DNA of 63,381 bases, the filler included, from Reclinomonas americana ATCC 50394 (lineage: Eukaryota), in assembly GCA_048213135.1 (NCBI GenBank). It is 8 parts of 3 records of this genome, joined end to end, with 100 filler letters (N's around TTAATTAATTAA, not from the genome) between each part and the next. Parts side by side here need not be neighbours in the genome. Positions count along the whole stretch, not along the records: positions 32,158 to 59,127 come from PS015159.1; 7 more parts are not named here. One strand, written 5' to 3'. Shown here in pieces: positions 37,725 to 50,000 of the stretch (positions within the stretch are counted from its first letter, which is position 1; every line of letters begins with the position of its first letter). A model generated the notes under the pieces. The model ran no database searches. It was given only the letters and a program-made list of their open reading frames with translations, and was not told the origin of the DNA. The position numbers and the translations under genes were made by a program.

Positions 37725-38064
37725 GTGAGTCTCTCCCTCCCCCCACCTCCCTCTCCCTCTCCTCCCATCTCTTCCTCACCACCCTTTCCCTTTCTCCTNN
37801 NNNNNNNNNNNNNNNNNNNNNNNNNNNNNNNNNCGACGCGGCCGGCTCCTCGGCCGGCACCCCGCGCACGCCCAAGTCACCGAAGACGCCGACGCTGCGT
37901 GCGGCCCCGGCGGGTCACCACTAATCACCACCACCACCACCTGCTTGGTTGGTAATTGTTTAGAGATGTGTGCGCAATTGTTTTGAAAAGAGGAGGAGGT
38001 CAACTGGGAGGAATGAAGACAAACGAAATGTCAAGTAACACTTGTGTAGCAAGGGGGTGCGATT

Positions 38065-41000
38065 TCAATCACGATCACCCGAGTTGGGAACATACGCTGC
38101 ACGGCCCACACCGAGGTAGCGCACCAGTCCCCACGTAGCGGCCTCCCAAAGAACCAATCGCAGAGGTTCGATAATCACGGCGTGACCGACGTCACCGAGG
38201 AACGCTCCGAGAAGCTGCGAGGCGCATGTGAGAAAAAATGCATCGATGAACAACAACATGGGCAAGACGCACCACTTGTTGGTCATGATGCGTCGCGGCG
38301 AAGGACGCCATGGTGAGCAAGATCTCAAAGGTTACCCAGCCGGCCAGCAACAAGCACAGGATGTAGCCGACGTACACCAAGGCGTACGGCAGCTGTCTGG
38401 TGCGGATGAGATAGGCGTATCGTTGCCAGCGAGACTAAGTTGCATGGACAAGCAGATGCAAGTTAGTGGCCAATGCACAGGGAAAAAGACGCGCTCATCT
38501 GGATACTCACTGACCTTGAAGGCGGGTGGCGGTGGCTGTGAGGCTCGCACTTGTCGCTTGATCACATTGTTGGAGGTCTCGACGCTCGTGACTCCACGCA
38601 GTGGGTTCGGATTGCGGATGGACTTGACGCAGTTGGTGAACACGTTGTTGGTGAAGTGCACACGTCCGGGCGTGGCTCGAACTCGAGTCTGTGTGCGGGT
38701 GTGCGCGCGTAGGGTGAGGATACCGAGCGACATACACGTCGATGTGTACGGCAATTACCTCTGCTTCCGTCAGGCGGTACGCCTTGCCAATGTCGGCGCC
38801 ACTCTCCCGCAGCTGAGTAATGAGGTCATCCGTGGGACACAACTCTGCACCGAAACCGTAGCCAAGCAGCGTGTCGTGCGAGATGACCAAGTTCTCAAAG
38901 AGGATCTCCGACACTGGCAGGTAGCGACGGCGCTCCGACTCCGACATGAATTCCTTCATGCGCAAGGACGACGACGAAGGCGACAGCATTTGCATCTCGG
39001 ATTCGAGTTCGAATTCCGATGGCGGCGAGTCACGCCACGCGTCGGAGGCCGTGGTGTGCAATCGAAGCGACACATCCAGTGGATTGCGCGTGCTGTACGT
39101 CAGCAACGCGCTATCCGTGTGTGCGGCACTGTGGTCCATGTCGGACGGGTGCACGCTGGCGTCACGGCTGGACGGCTGCCGCTGCGAGGCACTCAGCGCA
39201 GCCACGCCAACGCGAACAGCTACACGCTGCTCGCGCGGCAGAGTGTCCGAGTTGTCGACTTGCAACACGGCCATGTGCACTTCGTGACCGCAGAACATGA
39301 GCACACCGCTCTTGGTGCGCACGTTGGCGGGCACTGTGATCGGCGGGTACACGCCAGGGCGCAAGTAAATCACACTCGGCAACATCGTCGACGACTCGAG
39401 TAGCGACTGGAGCGTCGTGCTGTCGGGCCCGGCAGACTCGGGCGGGTCCACAAACACAAAGTCGCTGGAGTCCTTGATGCGTTGCAGCTCGGCCTTTTCC
39501 ACTCGCGGTGGCCAGAAGATTTCCGACACACGCTGCGCGACCTCTGTGACACAAAAGAGTGAGCAAACGGAACATGAAGGAGAGCTCTTGCAACAGCGAG
39601 AGACCTGGGCTGAGGGCGGCATCCGACGTCCACCACGAATTGAACTCGTCCTCTGTGCGCCGGCGGCAGCGCCCACTGACGCTACCGCTGAGCCAGCGAC
39701 GCATGTCAGTTTTCATCCATTCCAAACCGCGAACGCGGATCTTTTCCGACTGTGACATTTTCAAGAATGGTAAGCACGCGACATGATACCGTGGCTCAAG
39801 CGAGCGTGAGTGACACTCGCCTTGCACGCGCGCACAAACAGCAAGAACGCCGCCAGAATGCTTCCGCGATTTTCGGCCTCGAACAACGCCTGCTGCAACA
39901 GCACCGTAGTCGTGCTTGAGCACAGACGCATGGGGCGCGTCTCCTGCACAGCGAGAGAAACTTCAGTGCTGCATGTTGTCAGCTTGCCCCTTCAAGTGAA
40001 TACAATGGAAAACCTTGGCTGCCGATGACCGGACCGCCTTGGCCTTGCAGTAAAACTGTATGCGGTAGCCGTCGGGTCCCGGGATGGACGACGTGTTGGA
40101 CAGGGACGGATCGTCACGGTCAATCAGATACGAGCGGAAGAGTGCCGACGTGGCTTCCTCGTCTCGTTTCTGCTTCGAGCGCTTTTCCTGCACACAATGA
40201 GGTTGGCGACGCATGCTCTCTCTACCACGCGCGGAGACAGATGCGCACGCACCTTGGAGAGTGAGATGGAGGGAATCTCAAATGTCGCCTGCCAGAACTG
40301 CACGCCTGTGTCGGCCACGAAGCGCACCTCGCGGTCACGGGCATCGGGGTCGGTGCGCGCCGTGTCCGGTGGTGCCAGTGGATCCTCAGCGCTCACAGGG
40401 TCGTCGGCTGCACCGCGTTGTGAGAAAAACAAACACAAAAGCCGACAACAGCGCCATGGCCACTTACCAATAATGAGTGGCGGCGCGGATGGCAACTTCA
40501 TCGACGGCACTGACGATTTGCGGAACGACGACGACGATGACTGACTGGAATCACTCATGCCCGCCGACGACTCCATCGACATGTCTGTCGCCATGGAGGC
40601 CCAGGAGCTGCTGCTGGCCAGCGACGAGCCTTGCTGTTGGACACTGTTGAACGACGACATGCGTGAGATGGAGTTGAACGAATCCGAGTGGCCGAGTGCC
40701 GTTGGCGCCGTCGGGACGCAGTAAATGGTGGAGACGTGATCGGCGGAGAGGCCGGCACCGAGATCGTAGGTGCGATGCAGCTGCTGCGCCCGCTGGAATT
40801 CCATGACGGACTCTGAATGGAGGCGGGGGCAAAAATGTAACTGTCAGTACGAGTCATCAAGGCTGGCAAGTGTTACGATCCGCACCGTGAATCGCACGAC
40901 GTTGCTCCTCCTCCGTCTTCTCCGACGGAGGCGGCTTGACGCGAGGCGTGAGCACAAAGAAGAGGCTGGTCAAGAACACCACCGGCACCACAAACAGGCC

Positions 41001-44000
41001 GCCTGTACGAAACAAATGCACGCGTGTGAGCGGCATTCGAAGAATCACAGCGCCCTCTCCACTATGCAGTCACACCAAGAAGCGCGCGCCACAGTGCACG
41101 GAAGAGCATCAGTCCAAAGTCCGCAATGTCGGTGCCGCTCAGCAAGAGGGTGTTCACCCAGCAGCACATGATGAGACCGAGCCACAGCACCTGTGCACGC
41201 AACCAGCGTGTGGATCAGCAAGCACATGAAGAAGACGAGTAGTGCGTGGACCACTCAACAGTCAATTTCTGTGGTCGTCTGAACGTCTCGCTGCGTCGGT
41301 CCTTCACCGCAGTGACCCACACGTGCTCTGACGACAGCTCCTTCACTCGGTCCCACATCTTTCGCAGAGGTCCACGGGAACGGTTGAGTGCAATCACTTG
41401 CAGCACGGCCGCCTGGAAGCGCTGAAGTGCGCGCTTATCCTGCCATAATTTCGTCTCGCGTTGAGAACAAGTGCAATACAATGCCGAAAAAGCAACCACC
41501 GCAACTCGGATCTTGTAGGTGCTAGAGCTGGAACTCGAGCCACCGGCACTATCCGCCTGCCCCGACTGGTCACTTCCACCGAGGAAGAGGGAGCGCAGGC
41601 CGGAACGGTTGCTTCGTGCGTTCTTGGCCGAGTTCGCCAATGCGGTCTTTCGCTTGCGTGCCTCACTGCGTCGCTTTCGGCGATTCAGGCGCGCATCCAC
41701 CTCTTGCTCACACATCTGCATGAGAATGGTCGTCACGTATCAGTCACCATTGCATCACACAATATACGGGTGCATGCAAACTGGCTTACCGAGTCGGCAC
41801 GCGTCAGTGACTCGGACGCGGGGGGTGCTGGTGCTGGGTCGGTGTGCGATTCTCGAGGTGAGTCGGGCAGATTGTCGTAGAGGCTCTGCCGACCGGCTCG
41901 TCGCCGACCGACGTGACGAGCGGTCTTCTTGGCCGCGTTGTCGGCGGCAGCATGTGCGGGCTCGACTTCTCCGTCCTCTCCCACGGCCGACCCGTGAGTA
42001 CTCACAGTCACCCACTGGCCAGCGGCCTCGAGTTGCGAAGCAGCTGCCCATTCGTCGGCTGACGTCACGTAACCGGGCACCCACTGCAAGCGCGCGCACG
42101 AGAGGAGTCAGACTAAAGGTAGCCATGCTGGGTGACTAAGGCGCACGTGCGCGTGTGGGGGACACACCGAGTGCAAGGCCGCGCTGGGCGCATCTGGGCG
42201 GCGAAGCGGAATCGCAGCGCCCTCCGCAGCCGCGCGTGCCAGGTCGTCCGCCAGGCTCATTTGGCGCAGTGACTGACGTCGGCCACGCTGTGCGCAACTA
42301 AACTTTAGAATTGACGAGCAAACAAATGACGATCCCATACACGCACACGAACACACACCTTGCGAACAGCAGACACGTCGTCCTGATCGGTCACCAGGGT
42401 GGCCAGATTGCCACGCATACTGGATGCAGATACAAGTGACGAAGAACTGCCCTCACTACGAGCCAGCTGCAGCTCTGCTTCCGAGACGTGTCGAGATGGC
42501 AGTCGATGTTGCCTCTGCGTTCAGGCAGATGTGGTGAGTGCATCCGTGCACAGACATTTGCGCAACATCGAGACCAACCACTCACCCTGGACGTGCTGCT
42601 GATGGACGACAGCGACGCATTGAGATCGACCAAATCGCCCTCCGCAGCGCTGACGAGAATACCCCGTCGGCGACTGTTCATCGAACTAACCGAGTCGCTT
42701 CGTCCGAGAGCGGCACTGTCCAGCATCGTGTTCGACTGCAAGTGCATCGCGTCAGCAGAGACGTGCATGACGATGACAGCCGCAAAGGCACTCACCGACA
42801 CTGGTACCTCAGCCGCGAGCACGTGCTGAATCTCGGCGACCGACGGCTAAACGCAAGAAATCAAAGCGACAGTCAGTCATGATTCATCCACGAAAAGGAG
42901 ACGCCAGTGAAGACGCACTGCTTGCGGCTGCTCGTTGACCACTTCCGCCTTTTCGCGTGAGCGTGACGAGGACCGCTTGCCACTGCTCTGGCCCTTCTTC
43001 TTCTTTCTGCGACGACCCTTGGAGCGCCCTTTGCGGCTCTCGTCTTCCAACTCTTCCTCCTCCATGACTGGCAAGGCGTCGAGATCGATCGAGTCCACGT
43101 CGATTGTTGATGCCGAACGCGATGGCGCGGCCGCAGGGATGCGCGACACCAGCGGCTCAGTGATTGGCACGTCTGCATCGGCTTCTTCCCCTTCGTCGTC
43201 GGAGGCCTCTGCGGCGAATGGAATGTCGCCGAACTTGTCCTTTTCAGCTGTACGCTTGTCGCCCACAATCTGCGCAAGCACAAACGTCAGTCTTCTGTGG
43301 CACGTGTGACACGGGCAAGAGTCACGCACGGCATCCCAAGCCACGGTAGAGGACCGGGAGGTCATCTTGACAATGTCGGCCAGGATGGCCTTTGTGCGCG
43401 GCAAATGCGCCGCAACATCGGCACTGCCCAACTCGGCACGAATGCGGCTGAGGAGCTTGTCGATCTCGGAGCGTCGCTTCGAAGACGTCTCCTCCTGCGC
43501 ACACACCACACAATGACTTGCCGTTGTCGCGATACAGCGGCGCGCAGTATCAAGCTACCTTTTGATCCATGCGACGATCGGCGCGCCACAACAGCAGCAC
43601 GCCAATGACGTACAGTCCGTGAATGGCGCACAAAAAGTAAAACGTGGGACTCGTGAGGAGACCGTACTTGAGAATGAGTGATGCGTCGGCGGGACTTGCA
43701 AAGTTGAAGTGTGGCAGCAAGATGCTGGTAATGTCGACCGAAAACTCGGTCATGTGAGTCGCTGCGCATCGGACAGCCGTCACCTGGAACACAAGAGAGT
43801 GAATGCGTGAGAAAAAGGAGGAGATGGATATAAAACGTGGGCGACATCGCACCCGCGGAATGGCCCCCGGCAGCAGCGGGGCCACAGTCAGCAGCGGATA
43901 GACACCGTCGGTGGCAAAGGTGTTGTTTGCAGCGTTCCAGTACTGACACAACGGGAGCATGGTCGAGTTGATGCGCAGTACGCTTGACGAGGTGGTGGTC

Positions 44001-47000
44001 ATGTTGAACGCCGCGACAGAGGTCACGTTGTCTGTCACGTTGATGAGAAACCAATACTGAAGCTTGGTAGAACGTAATGTTACTCACCGACGAACGACGA
44101 GCAGTCTTGCAAGTGGCACAAGGCAACGAGTCCCAGCGCCCCCTGGAACTGTGTGAGCAGCGTGCTCTCCTCCGGTACGCTCATCACAAATGGCTCCGGA
44201 AGTCCCGAGACGGTGACAGTGCCCGTGGGGCTCTGTGCGTTCGTGATCAGCGCACTATGGTTAATGCGACTCGCTAGCAGAACACCCGTGAGAGAATCGC
44301 ACACAAACCACAATGGAGTACGAGTGACAGGAGGAGGTCGTGAGGTTGGCGGCGGCAGCTTGCGGTGAGATGGAGCGCGAAGTACAGGTGGAAAAGTCGA
44401 CCTGCGTGTACGCGAATGAGCTAACACAGATCGTAAATACGTACTGCTTGCTCGTTCAGGCTAAACCTGCACAAAGGCGCGCATGTCTGTTGATCCGCCA
44501 GTCACTTGCGATACCAACGAGTCCGGCAGCGTGACTGAAGTCACATTGGCGGCCTGCACTGACGCCGAGCCACACACAGAGGTCGCTGTGTGCAAGTGTT
44601 TCTCCAACTTGAGTACGAACGCAGCGTGTAGGAATCAGAGTGCGCTGCAACAACACAAAACTGCACGACATGGACAGCGAACTGGCGCTGGCCGCAGTCT
44701 CGGTGGCGCGGCCGCCCAGTTCGTACGCCGATATTCGCACCATTGGGTTGTCAAGGCGCAGAGAGCCCGACCCCGACGTCTGTGAGAGATCAGTCATGCA
44801 AACTCGATTGATGTGGAGAGGAGACGGCGACATGGGCGCACCTGCAGCGCCGACACCATCACATGCTCAGCCACGGTGGCCGCCACGGCCTGCAGAGACG
44901 AAACGGCCATTGGATCTGCTGCCTGACTCAGAAGCAGCTGGTTGACGGCCGAACCAACAGTCTGCGACGTGAACGGTAATGTGAGACAACAATGGCGAGA
45001 GAACAAGTGCACATCAAAACGGCGACTGTACGCACCGTCAGCTGACTTTGCGTGGTCTTGTCGGTAATCGCAGCACTCAGCAGTGCCTGTGCCACGTTGG
45101 CACGCAGCTGCCGGCCGACCCACGATCGGACCGGCAGCAGCGTGGCTCCGACTCGGGAGAACTTGTCGGCGGCATCGTACACATTGGAGAGCACATACTG
45201 CACGGCATCTGTCGACGACGACGATGCACGAGAGAGCGAATCACTCCACGACAACAAATTACCCTCGACCGATGGATCTGCAACAGACGAGTAGCGAGGC
45301 AGGCGTGAGTGTGGCATTCGGGAAGCACGCAAGCAGGGCGGCCGGCTGCGTACCTGTGTCGATAGATGAAGTGCTGCCGTCCAACAATGCAGACGCGCAC
45401 ACTGAAAGCAAGCCGATTACACGAGCGGTCGCTGCTTCGCCCTGCGTTACCTCCTGTGTGTTAGCATCCGCACGGGAGAAACGCGAAAGAAAGGATGAAG
45501 CAGTGACGCACTCCCGACACTGATTCGGCACGCCGAAGTCCGTCTGACACCAGAGACGCCAGTTGTGACACGGAAAGGTCTGCCAGAGGGCACACCGTGG
45601 CCTGACTGGAAACGGTAGAACTGTGACGTGGAACACAAAAGAGACCGCGAGTGAGAAAAAGGCAGACTGCATGCACATGGCACCACGTCGCTTACTCAAC
45701 GTGGCGCCAAACTTGTCCTGAATGCGGACGCCGACACTCAAGTCACACTTGCTTGTGCCACCCTGCCCGGCAGGCAAGAGAACGCCAGACACACTGCTCA
45801 GTGTACTGTTGGTGACCGCCAGTGGAACCTCACGTTGGGTCGTGGGGTCCAAGTAGTAGAAACTGAGAATGGTCGAGCTGTCGTCGTCCCCGAAGCCAGT
45901 GGCAGAGAACGTGAAAGAGGTTTGCCAGGCCGTGCCGCTGTCCGGAGATATGCGGAACTGGGCAAGTATTGGCACGTCCGTTGTGGTTGTGTTGCGCCGT
46001 GCCAGGGCTAGTAGTACCAAGTGTGAGTGAATTCGTTGGCAATACATGCTGTTGAAAGGTGTCCGCTCACCAGAGCCTAATACCGGATGACTGACATGCA
46101 CCTCCAATGCATACACCACATTTTCTTGCAGCGAACTGGCTGGAATCGAGAATGCAAAATTGTTGCGCTGCACGTCATCTGCCAAGTCCAAAATCGATAC
46201 ATCGCCCTCTCTGTTGCGCAGTCAAAGACGCTGGGACACACTCAAGGCACTGCAAAACAAGCACGCAACGCCAGATACAAGGCCACCCACGAATAGGAGA
46301 CAGCCTGAAGATCGGCGGCTGATGCACCGCGCACCACGGAGGTGCCAGTGAGCGCATTCCGCGGGTCCACCTTGCTGCTCGCAAAGGGCTGTGGCGAGCA
46401 AAAACATGCATCAGTCAACCATGGGTAGCGAGGGATGGAGGTAAGGCGAACGAAACTCTGACACTGACGGTGAGGCCGCGCGTGGTACTGCCATCAACAG
46501 TGGCCATTGATCCCATCGACGCAATCGTACGGAAGCAGCTCGGCGGCCCCAGCAGTCCGGACCCCCGGCTGTTCACCAACGCTGTTCGCACTCGGTACAC
46601 GGTGTTAGCGCGCAGACCGCGCACTGTCGCCGACACCGGAGACGCAAGTTGCGCCGACGTGGAGAGCGCCGAAAGCGATGTGACCGCATCCCAACTGCTG
46701 CCATGGTCCACGGGGACGGCCGACTGACACAACGCACCATCGCTAACCGCCAGTGGCTCCGCCAGGCGCAAAGCTTGCACGCTGATGGCGGTGAGCGGCA
46801 GATCGGTGAGATCCGGCAACGCCTGCACGGACAACATCAATCGCGACTCTGTGGCCTGCTGCAGGACAGGTGCCAGCGTGGTGCCGATGGGTCCAACCAC
46901 TGCACCCACAAACCCACGCAAGAGCGAACATGAGTCACCAAGGCAAGAGAGCGACAAGAAAAAACTATAGCTTGTTCAACAAACCGCCTGCTGCAGCTAC

Positions 47001-50000
47001 AGCCGAGGAAGCCGACATGGGGCCCTGGCCGTTGCCGTTGACAGCACACACGGTGAAAACGTAGTGGCGCAACGGCAGCAGACTGGACACGGTGACGGCG
47101 GTGTTGGGAGCAGAGACAGTCCAGCTTCCGCCGCCCACCACAGGCACGCCAGCGTCCGTCACTTCCACGACGCCAATGAAGAAGCTGGTGAGCGTGGAGT
47201 TTGGGGCCAGCGGCGGCGGCCACGATACGGTTAGATGCGCAGTCAGACCGTCCACCCTGTCGACAGAGGGAGCCGGCAGCAGACCGGGAAGGAGAACTGC
47301 GCGCAACACGGCGGGGGAAATATGAGGAACAGCCGACACGCTTCAACAGCAAGGCACTACACAACACGTACGGTACGTGGCGCACACAGGCGTCGTGGCG
47401 GTCCAAGGCCCGTCGCCAGCCGAATTTGATGCGCGCACTCGCGCCGAGTACTCTGCGTACGGGTCGAGACCAGTGAATGCGACTCCGGGCAGGGGGGACG
47501 TCACATCGACCGCGGCAACAAGATCTCCAGTGGCCGAATACAGCTCTACAGAGTACGAAGTCATTGGGCAGCAGTGATGTGCCGTCGCCTCGGCAAAGGT
47601 GATTGTCAGGCCAGTGCTCGTGCGGCTGCCAACCAGAGTCGGAACACCGGGGGCGGACGGGATGCCGCTGGCTGTGCACAGAAAGCAGACAGGTTGCGTC
47701 AGGAGAGGTGATTGCGCGCGAGCATCACGGGTCACAGAAGACGCAACCTGTGGGCAACGTAAACGTGCGAGTCGCCGTGCCACTGCTGTTGTCGCTTCCC
47801 TGAATTTGAACATCCAACGCCACATCCATGAGGCCACTGACACTGGACCGAAGTTCGTTTCCGTTGACAATGATGAGCGACGCCGCGCTCGCTCCGCCAG
47901 TGATGGTGAATGACGCGGTGTCACAGCAATTTGGATCCACAAGCGACAACGTGCCAACGAGGCCATTCAGCGCCACCGGCGGCACAAACGTTGTCTCGGA
48001 CAACGTCAAGTCTGTCGGCGGCAGTGGCACTATGCGTGGAACACAGAATGAAGTTTCATAGTGAGAATCAGGCGAGGGAAAGAGAGAGAAGAGAGCGAGA
48101 GAGACACACCCTCGTTGATGACAAATGAGGCGTCGAATGTGAGCGACGCCGTGTCCGTGGCGCGCACTGTAACATGCAATCCAGTTCCTGTCTGGTGTGC
48201 GTTGCGAAGCACGAGCTGCGATCCAAACACATTGAAGAGTGCCGCGTCAGCACCACCGACTACCGTGAACAGGTGCGTGTCATTCGTATTGGCGTCGGTG
48301 GCGGTGAGGACTCCAATCGCGACATTGGTGGTGGCCGTGGGCGGTGCGTACGTGTTACTAGAGAGATTCACAGCCGTGGGTGCGGCCGGCGCTGTGTGTC
48401 GGGACAGAGATGAGTAAAAATCTGCGCGGGGTCGATTCGAAGAAGAAATACACACCTTCGTTAATGAAGACCAGCTGATCCAGGAAAGAGCCTCCCGAGT
48501 CGGTACTGCGTATGAGCAGTGCCAGCTGACTGCCCACCAGCGACTGGGCAGTAGTTACCACCTGCACGCCATTGATGGCAAAGCTGCCGAGCGCGGCACC
48601 GCCGACAATGCTATACACGAATGTATCACAGCAGTTGCTGTCGGTGGACTGCAGGGTGCCGACAATGGTGCCTTGTGGTGCCGGAGGCGTGTATTGCGAC
48701 GGCGACAGAGTGATGAGTGTCGGTGGCACGCTCGCTGCGCACGAATGGAAGGCAACGGGATGAGCACTCACAGACTCATCGACCAGGTGGCAAGAGATAC
48801 GTGCCTTCGTTGAGAATCAGCGTCTTGCGGAACACACCGCCACCGGAATCGACGACCTCCACCATCACTTGCAAGTTGTTGCCCGTCACAACATTGTGCG
48901 GGGCCGCCACGAGCTGATTGCCGGTGATCTGGAACAACTGTTGCTGCGCGCCGCCCACGATGGTGTACGCAAACGTGTCGCAACAGTTGGCGTCGACGGC
49001 CGCCAAGGTCACCACCACTGCTCCCTGCTGGACCTGGGGCGTGTACTGACTGGGGCTGAAGCTGATGTCGGTAGGTGCGACCGCCGCTGTTGGGAAGGCA
49101 CAGTGAGCGGTCAAGAGTGACAAGAGGGGGCAACCAAAGAATAGTTCGACCTTCGGCAAACGTCAGAGATTGATCGAAGGTGCCGCCAGCGCTGTCTTGC
49201 ACGCGCACCACCACTTGAATGCCATTGTTGGTGATGGCTCCCTGTGCCGTCGCACGAACGACCAGCTGGCTTCCTTGCACTGTGAAACGACTGCCGTAGG
49301 TGCCACCGACAACCGAAAACGTGAATGTCTGGCAACAGTTGGCGTCGACAGCAGTTAGCGTACACACGGCAGTGCCGATTGCAGCCGGTGGCACATAGGT
49401 CAGTCTCGACGCAAGAACACCCGTTGGTGGAGAGTTGGCTGCAATACATGGAGCACGAGATCAACAACATGTTGCGTTGCACACATGCAATGACTAACAA
49501 CAACATACCTTCGTCAATCGTGAATGACACCGACACAGTCAGTCCGGTCGAGTCATGTGCAATGATCCTTGCAGTCAGGCCGTTGCCTGTTTGGCCAGCA
49601 TGCAGGAGGACTAGCGATCTTCCGACGACGGTAAATAGCGGAGTGGAGGCGTCCACGGAAAAGGTGTGCGAATCGACCACATTGCCGTCCACAGCGGCCA
49701 ACAAGCCAATCACTGTGCTGGCGCTCGTTGTGGGAGGCACATAGGTGGTCGAGGTCAGTGTGATGTCCGAAGGCGCCACCGGAACTGCAAGTGATTGGGA
49801 GAGTAAAGATGAGGCAAAGGATAACGCGGCACACACACACGAGGTCGCGCGCGTGCGTGCATACGTGCCATCATTCACTTGCAGCAGCTTGTCAAAGGAG
49901 GCCCCGCGCGAGTCTGTGACGCGAATCATTACCATGAGCGCGGTACCGCGTTGTCCTGCGGCCGCCACTCGCAAATCACTGTTGAGAATGACAAACAACG

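Noticed and set aside
38228-39403. Long antisense ORFs (also 15003-15788, 62229-63266)
   Set aside because: Shadow ORFs of GC-rich coding exons on the opposite strand, with no recognisable motifs.
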